DNA from: a virus
Taxonomy: Duplodnaviria; Heunggongvirae; Uroviricota; Caudoviricetes
Length of the DNA stretch: 64,000 nt
Direction: 5' to 3' (one strand)
Virus record (IMG/VR): IMGVR_UViG_3300034160_000140
Shown piece by piece: positions 9,594-18,778 of this stretch. Position numbers and translations under genes: made by a program. The notes under the pieces were generated by a model. It was not told the origin of the DNA. It saw only the letters and a list, made by a program, of their open reading frames with translations, and searched no databases. How positions within the stretch are numbered: the first letter of the stretch is position 1; the number at the start of each line of letters is the position of its first letter.

Positions 9594-10118
9594 ATGGCTA
9601 ATAAAACAATCAAGGCAACATTGATTATCGAAGACAAAAACATTAGTGTTGACGAACTCAACGATCTGTTTTCCGGTGCGACCAACAAGATCAAAGGATT
9701 GAGCTTCTTGCTCAGGGATCAAGCCCACAAAGCAAATACGCTCTGTAAATATCTGTTGACGGCGATTAAGGATGATAAATCAGCCGCCATCGAAATTGAC
9801 GAAATCGACATGCCAAAGTCGCTGCCTGCCATTGTGAAGCTGGCCGCAAAAGTCGGTAACAAAATTGACCCTGCTGTTTACCGTGAACCCCACGATATTT
9901 TCTGCCGAGAGCTTGAAAAAGCAGATGTTGTTTATGTTTGCACTCATTTCTTGGGCATGAAACTGTTTGTCACTCGTATGGAAGATACGAAAGGCGAGCA
10001 AAAAGGGCGTCACAACAAAGAATGGCTCGAAAACTTTGTTGATATTAACTTCAACAAAGATCGTAAAGGCTTGTGCCTTGATGTAAGTGCGGTTTTCCTG
10101 AGTTCTCAACCCGAGTAA
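9594..10118 (+). CDS. hypothetical protein
   Basis: TTGGAG Shine-Dalgarno site then ATG at 9594; terminator 10155-10180. Confidence 0.5.
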   Translation: MANKTIKATLIIEDKNISVDELNDLFSGATNKIKGLSFLLRDQAHKANTLCKYLLTAIKDDKSAAIEIDEIDMPKSLPAIVKLAAKVGNKIDPAVYREPHDIFCRELEKADVVYVCTHFLGMKLFVTRMEDTKGEQKGRHNKEWLENFVDINFNKDRKGLCLDVSAVFLSSQPE

Positions 10119-10154
10119 TTGGTTGACGATTTTTTCAAAAAACTGTATAATCAA

Positions 10155-10180
10155 GGAGATCTTCGGATCTCCTTTTTTTT
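10155..10180 (+). terminator. rho-independent terminator (UUCG tetraloop)
   Basis: ggagatcttcggatctcc followed by T8. Confidence 0.75.
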
Positions 10181-10192
10181 GAGATTAAAATT

Positions 10193-10657
10193 ATGAACTT
10201 ACAACTTAGACACCGTTGTCTTCAGTTTGAAACGGAAGGGACTATTGTTTACGACCCCGACCGTGGAACCATGAAGAAAAACATTGAACATTGGGCTGTT
10301 ATCACGATAGAACCGGATATCGCGGCCTACTATCGCCATCAGTTTTATCAACGGTATGGTATCGAGTTGGATAAACCTAACTGGGATGTTCATTGCTCAG
10401 TGCTGAAAGGGTATACCAATACAGATACATCTAAGCCGTGGGGCTGGCTTGACCAACAACCTGTTGAACTGCATTACACCCATGAATTGTTCTGGAATGA
10501 TTCGCATGTGTGGATAAACTGTTATTCAGCCGAGTTTTTCAAAATTCGTGAATACTATAACGTGTTGGGCACAGACCAAGGCCATATCACTATTGGGAAG
10601 TTTAAGCATTATCAAAAAGACAGGCTAAAACCCTTCAAAAACTACGTTCCAGATTGA
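10193..10657 (+). CDS. hypothetical protein
   Basis: GAGA Shine-Dalgarno site; own promoter ctgTATAAT at ~10143. Confidence 0.5.
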   Translation: MNLQLRHRCLQFETEGTIVYDPDRGTMKKNIEHWAVITIEPDIAAYYRHQFYQRYGIELDKPNWDVHCSVLKGYTNTDTSKPWGWLDQQPVELHYTHELFWNDSHVWINCYSAEFFKIREYYNVLGTDQGHITIGKFKHYQKDRLKPFKNYVPD

Positions 10658-10705
10658 TTTATTTCTAAGTTTTTGCTATAATCAAAGCCTACTTGGAGTG
10701 TTCCC

Positions 10706-11077
10706 ATGATCAAACAAATTAAAGACAGCGTTCCTAATGAACTCTCGGAAGAATACCTGTCTCCAAAATCTATTTTTCTGGCGGTCGCTTTGTGGCGAAC
10801 GTTTGGCGGTGAAATCCAAATTCGCACGGAAGATGATTTGTCGATAAAAAATATCGAACATGCGTGGCTGTCTCTGGATGGTTGCCAAATCGACATTGAT
10901 GGAGCTTATCCACCTATCGTAGCACTTGATGAAAGTGATGAAGACCTTGTGTTAGGTTTAGACGAAACCACGGCCCTTGAGTTTGTGAGAACACTCGTTG
11001 AAATCAGTGATAAAGAATGGGAAAAAGAAGTTAAAAAAGCCATTAAAATTGTTAAACGTTGCTATATTGAGGAATAA
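10706..11077 (+). CDS. hypothetical acidic protein
   Basis: TTGGAG Shine-Dalgarno site; promoter tgcTATAAT at ~10673. Confidence 0.5.
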   Translation: MIKQIKDSVPNELSEEYLSPKSIFLAVALWRTFGGEIQIRTEDDLSIKNIEHAWLSLDGCQIDIDGAYPPIVALDESDEDLVLGLDETTALEFVRTLVEISDKEWEKEVKKAIKIVKRCYIEE

Positions 11078-11079
11078 AA

Positions 11080-11502
11080 ATGATCATTCTTTTGCAAATT
11101 ATGCTGTTGCGATTGTTCATTTTCATGAAGTTGAAAACAGAGGTCGAGTTTTCATACTTGAACACTGATTTTTTCAGGCGAGTAGGTTGTCGGATTAAAT
11201 TTAACAGAACAACCAGCCAACCTGTTATTCATCCTTCATCTGGCAAGGTGTTGTATTATAAATATGATCATAACTCCTTGACGATTACTCTTTTTAAAGG
11301 TGGCATGGTGGTTGACCACTGGAAAGGTGATAAATTGTATACTTATCACAGTGTTGACTTCCAGTCATTGAACTCATCAAGTGCTTTTGTTAAAATTAGA
11401 TACATGAGTTCGTTTTATGTAAAATTTGTGGAAACGATTTTACACACCATGCAAAAAAAAGATGAAAAAGTGCTTGAACTCGACGTAAAAAATTCTGTAT
11501 AA
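11080..11502 (+). CDS. hypothetical protein (weak call)
   Basis: Start abuts the previous stop; GAGG Shine-Dalgarno site; unusual hydrophobic N-terminus. Confidence 0.3.
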   Translation: MIILLQIMLLRLFIFMKLKTEVEFSYLNTDFFRRVGCRIKFNRTTSQPVIHPSSGKVLYYKYDHNSLTITLFKGGMVVDHWKGDKLYTYHSVDFQSLNSSSAFVKIRYMSSFYVKFVETILHTMQKKDEKVLELDVKNSV

Positions 11503-11637
11503 TAACCACTCACTTGGGCTGAAAAGCCCTTCGTATAAAGCTTCATCGCAAGTGCTAAGTAGCAGAGAACAATAACAAAACCTGCCTATTGAATACGACA
11601 AAACTGCCGATATTTATTCTCAGACAGGAGATTCACC

Positions 11638-11790
11638 ATGCTTAAAACCAAACGTATGCTTTTATTATTCCTTGCCTTGGGCTTTACTGGGGGTGGGGAT
11701 CACCATCAACACCATGACCGATCACCTTCGCAATCTAAGGTTCGTCGGTGGTCTTCACTGCACTACAAAAACAAACATTCGCAGCATTAA
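11638..11790 (+). CDS. small His-rich peptide with signal-like N-terminus (50 aa)
   Basis: Strong Shine-Dalgarno site cAGGAGattcaccATG; MLKTKRMLLLFLALGFTGGG then DHHQHHD; not in the >=60-aa ORF track. Confidence 0.3.
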   Translation: MLKTKRMLLLFLALGFTGGGDHHQHHDRSPSQSKVRRWSSLHYKNKHSQH

Positions 11791-11804
11791 ATCTAATTTT
11801 TCTG

Positions 11805-11833
11805 TTGTATCTAAGCCAAATACTTGGTATAAT
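11805..11833 (+). promoter_or_regulatory. sigma70-type promoter (TTGTAT-17-TATAAT with TG extension) for the lipoprotein gene
   Basis: ttgtat...cttgGTATAAT. Confidence 0.5.
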
Positions 11834-11842
11834 TAACCCATC

Positions 11843-11884
11843 GAAGCAGCAAGGGGCGAGCAACCCAATAAGCCTTTCCCCTTG
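11843..11884 (+). promoter_or_regulatory. conserved structured 5'-leader element (copy 1)
   Basis: gaagcagcaaggggcgagcaacccaataagcctttccccttg is ~85% identical to 41178-41219; inverted repeat caagggg/ccccttg. Confidence 0.5.
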
Positions 11885-11927
11885 CGATTGCTCATTCGAC
11901 CTTAATTGAAACGAGAAGGATACGACC

Positions 11928-12266
11928 ATGAAAGTAATGAAAATTGTTTTTGCTGCTCTTGCCCTTGTAATGATGACTGGCTGCATGTCAACCTCTCAGT
12001 ATGGCTCCTACAAAGAACGTCAAATTGAACGCAAGTGCATCGTGAATGCTGACAAACAAGCTCAAAATGCCTACATTCGCCGTCAAACTGATGTTCGGTT
12101 TGCAGACTCTCAGAAGGAAGCCATGCGAGCTAACCAAATGTTTCAGAAAAAGATTGCCAGCATTGAAACCAGCAAAGACCGTTGTTTGTCCAATGGTCAG
12201 CGTCGGGTGTTTGAAGAACAGCTTCGCCGCACGACTAACCGCATGTATAACCGTAGCTACTACTGA
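11928..12266 (+). CDS. lipoprotein, unknown function
   Basis: Lipobox LVMMTG/C; AAGGATAC Shine-Dalgarno site; terminator 12286-12308. Confidence 0.55.
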   Translation: MKVMKIVFAALALVMMTGCMSTSQYGSYKERQIERKCIVNADKQAQNAYIRRQTDVRFADSQKEAMRANQMFQKKIASIETSKDRCLSNGQRRVFEEQLRRTTNRMYNRSYY

Positions 12267-12285
12267 TAGTAGACAGCTTAAAAAA

Positions 12286-12308
12286 GCCCGCCAAGTGCGG
12301 GTTTTTTG
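12286..12308 (+). terminator. rho-independent terminator
   Basis: gcccgccaagtgcgggt followed by T6. Confidence 0.7.
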
Positions 12309-12360
12309 TTTATATTTTTTAAGTTTTATGGTATAATTTGACAAATTTTGGAGGTTAATC

Positions 12361-12660
12361 ATGCCTTATCATACTGCAGCACCTACCAAAGCCGTTATTC
12401 ATGAATCCTATAAACTGGTTTTTGAAGCTAATGGCTATACCGCTTATGAGTGGAGTGGTCGCCTATTCCTTTATCGTAAAGGTCTTTCGTTGGCTCAACT
12501 GGTTAATGGTTTTGAAAGCTTGAAGAAAAGTTATCGAAATAGCTTTGAAATCTGGATCGACAAAGTGAAAGAAAAGGATCTCGCCAAAATTGAAAGCATT
12601 AAGGCTGATATGGCGTTGATGATTAAAGATTGTGAAACCATTTTGGATGTTCATTCTTAA
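12361..12660 (+). CDS. hypothetical protein
   Basis: TTGGAGG Shine-Dalgarno site; promoter tgGTATAAT at ~12334. Confidence 0.5.
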   Translation: MPYHTAAPTKAVIHESYKLVFEANGYTAYEWSGRLFLYRKGLSLAQLVNGFESLKKSYRNSFEIWIDKVKEKDLAKIESIKADMALMIKDCETILDVHS

Positions 12661-12738
12661 TCATTTTTAAGGTTTTATTGTCTTTTAATCAGATAACGTG
12701 TATAATTCATTCATTAATTGATTTGAAGGCGATTAGAA

Positions 12739-13149
12739 ATGCTCACAGTTAAAGACATTCGTAGTATTTACCCAGCTAAAATAGCTTACACAGAACATAA
12801 TATGATTCGTGCAAACATTGCATTGGATTTTATGTGGGAAGAACGCTGTGCTGAGCGTGGAATCAATTATACAGGTGATCGGTCTGGTAGCTGCAAGTTT
12901 GCCGCTTTGCTTGCTCGTAGCCTGTTTGGTGGCCGTCTAGTGGGCAATCAAGAGCATGTTTTCACTGTCAGTGGTTGTGACATCATTGATCTTAATATTG
13001 TCCAGAAAGACGTGATTGACTTAAATCATATGGCCCATGTTCGTCTGGATACTGCTTTAATCCATAAAGATTATCGTGATGCCCTTTATTCCTGCTTACC
13101 CCGTGTTCAGAAATGGGAACAATGGGTTTTGGAGGAATTGAATAAATAA
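12739..13149 (+). CDS. hypothetical protein
   Basis: GAAGG Shine-Dalgarno site; promoter gtgTATAAT at ~12702. Confidence 0.5.
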   Translation: MLTVKDIRSIYPAKIAYTEHNMIRANIALDFMWEERCAERGINYTGDRSGSCKFAALLARSLFGGRLVGNQEHVFTVSGCDIIDLNIVQKDVIDLNHMAHVRLDTALIHKDYRDALYSCLPRVQKWEQWVLEELNK

Positions 13150-13213
13150 CTAGACTATAATTCAGTTTTTTGGTAAAATAACCCTATCATAACGACATAA
13201 AGGATACGCCACC

Positions 13214-13768
13214 ATGACGCAAGTTAAAATCAATTTGAATAATGCAAAAGATGCTCAGTCAGCCATTAATGCTGTGTTGTCTATTCAGTTGAAACTGGAA
13301 AAAATTGTAGCGGCACTGCAGCATACCAATGCTACTCCTGACTACAAATACCTGATCAATTATATGGTCGGCCCGGTTGGTATGGCTATCTCGGTTAGTT
13401 CAACTGAGTTGACAGAAGAAGGTTGCCATTTGGGCAATCGTTTGGCGGATGCTGGTGTTTTGGAACTCAAACATGAGAACCCTTACGCTGAAATTTCTAC
13501 GGCAACGCTTGATTACATGATTGATGAACACATGAAAAACAATACGCTGGTTATTAAAGGTTCTGATATTCGTTATTACCCAAAAGAACCTGTCAAAAAA
13601 CAACGTTGGGCCGCATTGACTGATGATGTTAAAATCATCGTGACCAAGCTGGAACTGACTAATGAAGACCATCAGGAATTCCGTGAACGTCAAATGAAAG
13701 AAGCTCTTGCTGCTGTTGCAAAGCTTGGCTACACCATTGATGAAACCGGGACACTGGTTGTTGTTTAA
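13214..13768 (+). CDS. family-B protein (paralog of 26811..27386)
   Basis: TLVIKGSDIRYYPKEP...DDVKIIVTKL aligns with VLTIKGSDVRFRAKHI...TDVVSIVVTRL; AAGGATAC Shine-Dalgarno site. Confidence 0.55.
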   Translation: MTQVKINLNNAKDAQSAINAVLSIQLKLEKIVAALQHTNATPDYKYLINYMVGPVGMAISVSSTELTEEGCHLGNRLADAGVLELKHENPYAEISTATLDYMIDEHMKNNTLVIKGSDIRYYPKEPVKKQRWAALTDDVKIIVTKLELTNEDHQEFRERQMKEALAAVAKLGYTIDETGTLVVV

Positions 13769-13937
13769 AACAGTTGAACGATACAAAAAGGCCGACTAGT
13801 TCGGTCTTTTTTTTTGTCTATAAAAAATCTATAATTACAGAATGTTATTTTAAAACGGAATTATGACCATCTTAAAAAACCATGTTGTTTATTTTCTGTA
13901 TTTGTTATATAATTTGGAAAATTGGAGACTTTAAAAT

Positions 13938-14504
13938 ATGTGTATATCCATTAGAAAAATTGGGCTTGGTTATGATGTTCAGGCAGTTTACAAAGAAAAG
14001 CTAGCTGACAATTATAATTATGAATCTTTGCCCAAAAACAAGATGTTTCATAATTTTTTTACGCTGGATCGTGAAAATGTTCGATTTGTTATTGGATCTG
14101 ACAGCAACAATGGCATTTCTATGATGGCTTATACGGAATCTGTTGACACCAATAAGATTAATGACATTTATGTGCGTTATCTGGAATTGTTCTTTAAGAA
14201 TCAATACGCCCCAATGCCGGAACATGCTAGAAAATCCATGTCCTCTGATAAAGAGATTACTATTTTAAATGGGGCCAGTGATTCATCAGGTGATATGGTC
14301 ATTTTGGGCACGATGATTGATCCAAAAGATCCTGAAAAAACGGTTTGGATGGCTATTTTACTTTCTCCAACAAGATTAGGATATAGAGTCCCTACCAGAA
14401 CGCAATACAGTCGTACATCTTCTGGTGATAGGGCAAGCTCGATAGACCTTTGGGATGTAATCGGTACAGCAGGGACGGTTGCAGGGCTTTTTAGCCTGTT
14501 CTAA
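13938..14504 (+). CDS. hypothetical protein
   Basis: TTGGAG Shine-Dalgarno site. Confidence 0.5.
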   Translation: MCISIRKIGLGYDVQAVYKEKLADNYNYESLPKNKMFHNFFTLDRENVRFVIGSDSNNGISMMAYTESVDTNKINDIYVRYLELFFKNQYAPMPEHARKSMSSDKEITILNGASDSSGDMVILGTMIDPKDPEKTVWMAILLSPTRLGYRVPTRTQYSRTSSGDRASSIDLWDVIGTAGTVAGLFSLF

Positions 14505-14522
14505 TGATTAAAATGCAAGCAC

Positions 14523-14556
14523 AAAAAAAGGTGTCCGTAGACACCTTTTCTTTTTC
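14523..14556. terminator. bidirectional rho-independent terminator
   Basis: A-run, aggtgtccgtagacacct, T-run; serves the convergent genes 13938 (+) and 14571..14693 (-). Confidence 0.7.
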
Positions 14557-14570
14557 AACTTACCGGAGAA

Positions 14571-14693
14571 TTACATCTCCTTGAGGTAAGCACGCTTATC
14601 GCGTTTGTTTTTGTCTTTACGTTTTTTGTCTACATGAGTAGCCGCCTTATTGACGGTGTTCATGTGTTTCGCTACGAAGTTTTGAATTTGCAT
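14571..14693 (-). CDS. small basic protein (40 aa) on the minus strand
   Basis: GAGGTGATACC-ATG on the minus strand; MQIQNFVAKHMNTVNKAATHVDKKRKDKNKRDKRAYLKEM; ends at the bidirectional terminator; not in the ORF track. Confidence 0.4.
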   Translation of the reverse strand: MQIQNFVAKHMNTVNKAATHVDKKRKDKNKRDKRAYLKEM

Positions 14694-14862
14694 GGTATCA
14701 CCTCAATAAGTTTTGTTTGGTTGTTTTGTTTCAGTGGGATTATTATACCAACATTTTATGGGTTTGAAAAGTGTTTTTTGATTTATTTTTAAGAAAAAGC
14801 TCCTTTTTATCTTGGCAGTTATTTGCTATAATAGCTGAAATCATTCAGTGAAGGTCGTTATC

Positions 14863-15033
14863 ATGGCTAGTTGCAAATGTGTTAAATGTGGTGGCACTGA
14901 CAAAAAGGCTATCTGTGAAAACACCATGTTCGCCCTGAAAGGTGCTGTTTACATTCAAGAAAAATTTGGTGTTTGGTTGTTTGTCATTGCCCTTTTAATT
15001 GCTTCTTGTGGCATGTTTGGTCTTTTTAATTAA
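14863..15033 (+). CDS. small Cys-rich (CxxC..C) protein with C-terminal TM helix
   Basis: GAAGG Shine-Dalgarno site then ATG 14863; promoter tgcTATAAT at ~14825. Confidence 0.4.
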   Translation: MASCKCVKCGGTDKKAICENTMFALKGAVYIQEKFGVWLFVIALLIASCGMFGLFN

Positions 15034-15097
15034 CGATTTATATTGACTTAAACATGATTTTTAGTTAAAATAGCCATTCAAATTTTGGAGTTCTACC

Positions 15098-15604
15098 ATG
15101 CTGACTGCTATCAAAGAAAAAGTATTCCTGACCTTTCAAACACTGTTTCCTGCGGAAATGTATCAGATGTCGCAAGCTGCAGTGAAAGCCGCTGAGCAAG
15201 AACGGCGTGAACGTGAAAACGCCTTTGAACATGTTGTCTTTCAAGAATTGGTTAACAAACCCGTTATTGCTGTGGGCAATGACTGGTCTAATCCGGTTAT
15301 CGGCATCGGGCTTGAAGTTCAAGGCGTTTCCAAGGCTAACCGGCCCCACCTTGTCATCAAAGACTATGTGTCTGGTGAAGAAGTCATGCCATACGGTGCT
15401 GTGATGGAATACAACGAAACTCGTTTTGACGCCATCATGAAACTGACCCCGGCTGAAATAACCAGTCTGGTTTATCGTTATTCTACCCCGCAAACTGTGC
15501 GTGAGGATCAGAAAGATAAACGCGATTCGCGGGAAGTCATTCTTCAAAAACTGACTACCAATGGTTTCTTTGAGGCTATCGCCGCTGTCAAGACCGATGA
15601 ATAA
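15098..15604 (+). CDS. hypothetical protein
   Basis: TTGGAG Shine-Dalgarno site; terminator 15603-15628. Confidence 0.5.
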   Translation: MLTAIKEKVFLTFQTLFPAEMYQMSQAAVKAAEQERRERENAFEHVVFQELVNKPVIAVGNDWSNPVIGIGLEVQGVSKANRPHLVIKDYVSGEEVMPYGAVMEYNETRFDAIMKLTPAEITSLVYRYSTPQTVREDQKDKRDSREVILQKLTTNGFFEAIAAVKTDE

Positions 15605-15707
15605 GACCGCTTAGGCGGTTTTTTCATTTTAATGAAAAATGTTGTTGTCAAAAATGATATTTTCCATTATAATCTGTTCATCAAAACACATCACCAAGGA
15701 TTAAAAA

Positions 15708-16025
15708 ATGCCTTTCAAATTTGAGAAAAAAGCATTGGTCTACGTTTCTGACACCCTGACCAGCACCAAGCGTGTTTGGGTCAATTGCACGACTGATATG
15801 CTTTATGCTCAGGGTGAAGCTTCTGCAATGCTGAAATCTCAGTTCTACGCACTGGACTGCATTTCTTGCTGGGGTGGTCGTGATAAGGTTGATGAGCAAT
15901 GTTCTGATGGTTCGCTGACTTCTTCGTGGGAAGTCCCCGCCGAGTTCGTTCCAGCCATGCAGCACATGATCATGAAGTTCAAATGGGAAGAAGAAAATTT
16001 CTTCTTGAAAGCTGCGAAAAGCTGA
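15708..16025 (+). CDS. hypothetical protein
   Basis: AAGGAT Shine-Dalgarno site; promoter ccatTATAAT at ~15665. Confidence 0.5.
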   Translation: MPFKFEKKALVYVSDTLTSTKRVWVNCTTDMLYAQGEASAMLKSQFYALDCISCWGGRDKVDEQCSDGSLTSSWEVPAEFVPAMQHMIMKFKWEEENFFLKAAKS

Positions 16026-16085
16026 AAATTAGCCATATCAACCCTCTTCGGAGGGTTTTTTGATTATTATACAGGAGAACTTGCT

Positions 16086-16277
16086 ATGAATGTATGGACA
16101 GATGAACATCCAACAGAACCCGGTTATTACTGGATTAAACGGGCTGTGACTGGTAGTAAAGATATTATTTATCTGACGAAAGAAATGTTGGTTCTTGAAG
16201 TCGGCAGTCGCAAACCTATCTCATCTTATTACGACATTCAAGCATGGGGATCTAAAGTCGATGAGCCGGATGAATAA
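16086..16277 (+). CDS. hypothetical small protein
   Basis: CAGGAG Shine-Dalgarno site. Confidence 0.45.
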   Translation: MNVWTDEHPTEPGYYWIKRAVTGSKDIIYLTKEMLVLEVGSRKPISSYYDIQAWGSKVDEPDE

Positions 16278-16398
16278 TCATCCATTTTTTTTGAAAATAA
16301 GAAAAAATACGGTGCTTTTTCATTTGAAAATGAGTTTTTTGTTGTAATTTTCCTCGTTCTTTGTTAAAATAAACAAACGAAATTAGGAATTACCGACA

Positions 16399-16797
16399 AT
16401 GTTTACTAACGAATTTTTAAATAGCCCGATGGGACAAGCTGCAATGGATTACGCCGAACAGGTGTATGCGTCCAGCTATAAGGCCGAAGAATTCACCCTC
16501 GCCCAAAACCCAGAAATGCTTGATGAGCTGGTTTCTTATCACATGGAACCAGTTTACAAGCATCAACCGGCTGACCCCTTGTTCCTTGATGATGATGAGT
16601 TTTTTGACTCGCCTGACAGCCCAGATTTGGAAATCATCCATGAAGGTATGAGCCGTGAGCAAGCCGAAGCAATGGCAAAGGTTTCGACCTATGTTTGGCT
16701 CGTTAACTACAAGGGTGAAGGTGAAGGTTTCATTCTCAAAGAACTGGCCTCAAAACTGAGCCGCTTCAATGGTAAATGGAACTACTCCGAAGATTGA
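16399..16797 (+). CDS. hypothetical acidic protein
   Basis: AGGAAT Shine-Dalgarno site. Confidence 0.5.
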   Translation: MFTNEFLNSPMGQAAMDYAEQVYASSYKAEEFTLAQNPEMLDELVSYHMEPVYKHQPADPLFLDDDEFFDSPDSPDLEIIHEGMSREQAEAMAKVSTYVWLVNYKGEGEGFILKELASKLSRFNGKWNYSED

Positions 16798-16908
16798 AAT
16801 CAGATTTAAAGACAGCAATCTAGCAATAGGTTGCTTTTTTTTGCAAAAAATATATTCCTAAAAAAGCTTTGTTATGTTATAATCGACAAAATTTAAAGGA
16901 TATCAACC

Positions 16909-17487
16909 ATGAACGAACATTCAGTTTTGAATACGAAAGATGAACAGTTGGCTCAAGAAGTCGGTATTGCGGTAGCTCGCACTATGTTCAAAGACCACCA
17001 GAACACTAAATATCAGTCATTCTTGTTCTCTTGGAAGACGCATGGCAGTATCGTGGCTGAAATGGCATCGGGCAAACTGTTTGTTTATTTCCGCTCTATT
17101 CCAGCGAACTATGCAGCTTTGCAAGCTATCACGGCAGACGCCGCACTTAATGAATGGAATAAATTGGTCAGTAATTCACCCGACTCGTTGCCTGTTGCTG
17201 TTTTCACCGTTGACGATATTGTGGAGCAATCAAAACAGTATTTCCATCGTTTCTACGAAACACTTGAAATTGAATTCGCACGGAAATACACGCAAGAACA
17301 TACAAAAGCTAATGACCTTGACTGGAAGGTTGTTTTCAATCATTTGCACACGCCGCTTTATGTGTATAACAAAGGCATTGAAAAACTGGAAGAGATTGTG
17401 CGAGATAAAGGTTTTTCAGTAGAAGAATCTGACATTATTTTCAAAAATGTTCGGCCTTACTTGAAACGTCTTTACATCGAAGATTAA
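16909..17487 (+). CDS. hypothetical protein
   Basis: AAGGATATC Shine-Dalgarno site; terminator 17493-17517. Confidence 0.5.
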   Translation: MNEHSVLNTKDEQLAQEVGIAVARTMFKDHQNTKYQSFLFSWKTHGSIVAEMASGKLFVYFRSIPANYAALQAITADAALNEWNKLVSNSPDSLPVAVFTVDDIVEQSKQYFHRFYETLEIEFARKYTQEHTKANDLDWKVVFNHLHTPLYVYNKGIEKLEEIVRDKGFSVEESDIIFKNVRPYLKRLYIED

Positions 17488-17492
17488 AAAAA

Positions 17493-17517
17493 GACCTAGC
17501 TTCGGCTAGGTTTTTTG
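17493..17517 (+). terminator. rho-independent terminator (duplicated at 18043-18068)
   Basis: acctagcttcggctaggt followed by T6. Confidence 0.75.
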
Positions 17518-17581
17518 TTTTAATGTTTGCGTATTTTTCAGTTTTTTGATATCATTGCTCTCTACATTACAGAGGATACAC

Positions 17582-18022
17582 ATGATGGGCGTAGGTAAAT
17601 ATTCTCCAACTGTCAGCACTTCCTATCGTAAAGATCAAGGTTGGTATGAAAAGAATGGCGGCGGTTTTGGCAATGGTAAAAACCCTGATTCCGATTACGA
17701 TGATGATGGATACGATTCGTATGGCTATAATGCCGATGGTCGTGACCGTGCTGGTCATCATGAAAATGATTATTCTTCTAGTTTTGAATGGAATGGTAAT
17801 TCAGAATGTTACCCACTGAATGAGGATGTGCAATCGGAATGGGGTGGTCGCTGTATTCTTGCCATGCGTAAAGCCCGTGAAGAAGCTGCTGCTAATCCAG
17901 AAATGCAAGAAGCCTTCCGTCAACTTGCAGAAGTTCAAGACATTCTCCGAAAAGCTGCTGAGCTTGAACGTGGGCTGAAAGCCGATATTACAAAGGCTTA
18001 TCCTGACCTTTTGCTAGATTGA
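17582..18022 (+). CDS. MGVGKYSPTVS-family protein (tandem paralog 1)
   Basis: MMGVGKYSPTVSTSYRKDQGWYEKNGGGFGNG...YDSYGY aligns with 18133; AGAGGATACACAC Shine-Dalgarno site. Confidence 0.55.
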   Translation: MMGVGKYSPTVSTSYRKDQGWYEKNGGGFGNGKNPDSDYDDDGYDSYGYNADGRDRAGHHENDYSSSFEWNGNSECYPLNEDVQSEWGGRCILAMRKAREEAAANPEMQEAFRQLAEVQDILRKAAELERGLKADITKAYPDLLLD

Positions 18023-18042
18023 TTTTGTCAATACGATTAAAG

Positions 18043-18068
18043 ACCTAGCTTCGGCTAGGTTTTTTTGT
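18043..18068 (+). terminator. rho-independent terminator (copy of 17493-17517)
   Basis: Identical agacctagcttcggctaggt followed by T7. Confidence 0.75.
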
Positions 18069-18132
18069 TTTAATGGTTGCTTATTTTTCAGTTTTTTGAT
18101 AGTATAGACTTCTAATTAAAGAGGATACACAC

Positions 18133-18705
18133 ATGGGCGTTGGAAAATATTCCCCAACTGTTAGCCGCTCTTACAGTCAAGACCAAGAATGGTTTGAGAA
18201 AAACGGCGGTGGCTTTGGTAATGGGCTGATGCCAGAATCTCAATTTGATAATCAGGGTTATGATTCGTATGGCTATTCCGGTTATACTGAACTTGACCGG
18301 GCGGGTTACAGTGAGAATGATTACCTGAATGATTCTTATGGTGATGAACAACGCGGTATCTATGACCGTGTTCGTGATTTGTGGGATCATTACAATGTGC
18401 CCACCATCCTCGATATGGCGATGATTGTTGCTACAAAAGTTGAAAATGACAAGCTGTTCGCCTTTAACCATGCGAAAATGGTGACGGTCATCAATATCTA
18501 CGAAGCTGCCAGCACAGCCAAGAACCAGCTAGATCAAACCTTCAAAATGGGGGCTGGTGCCGAAGGCAATGACATGTATCAAAAAGAGTTCAACGAATTT
18601 TTCAAGGAAGTCGCCAAAAACATTGCTGAACATAGTGTTTTCTTGGAAGAATTTTACGACAAATTTCTGACTGATTTCGTTCAACTTCAAAAAGCTTTTA
18701 AATAA
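18133..18705 (+). CDS. MGVGKYSPTVS-family protein (tandem paralog 2)
   Basis: MGVGKYSPTVSRSYSQDQEWFEKNGGGFGNG...YDSYGY; the upstream ~90 nt (terminator plus promoter) are near-identical to the region upstream of 17582. Confidence 0.55.
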   Translation: MGVGKYSPTVSRSYSQDQEWFEKNGGGFGNGLMPESQFDNQGYDSYGYSGYTELDRAGYSENDYLNDSYGDEQRGIYDRVRDLWDHYNVPTILDMAMIVATKVENDKLFAFNHAKMVTVINIYEAASTAKNQLDQTFKMGAGAEGNDMYQKEFNEFFKEVAKNIAEHSVFLEEFYDKFLTDFVQLQKAFK

Positions 18706-18778
18706 CAAAAATGTTGAAAATGTTTGTTATGTTTCGCAAACAATGCTATAATCAATTTTCAATTTAAGAGGTGTCACC

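Noticed and set aside
11735-12362. Minus-strand ORFs 11735..11986 and 11988..12362 opposite the leader and lipoprotein gene
   Set aside because: They overlap the well-supported lipoprotein gene, its conserved leader and its promoter, and show no translation signals.
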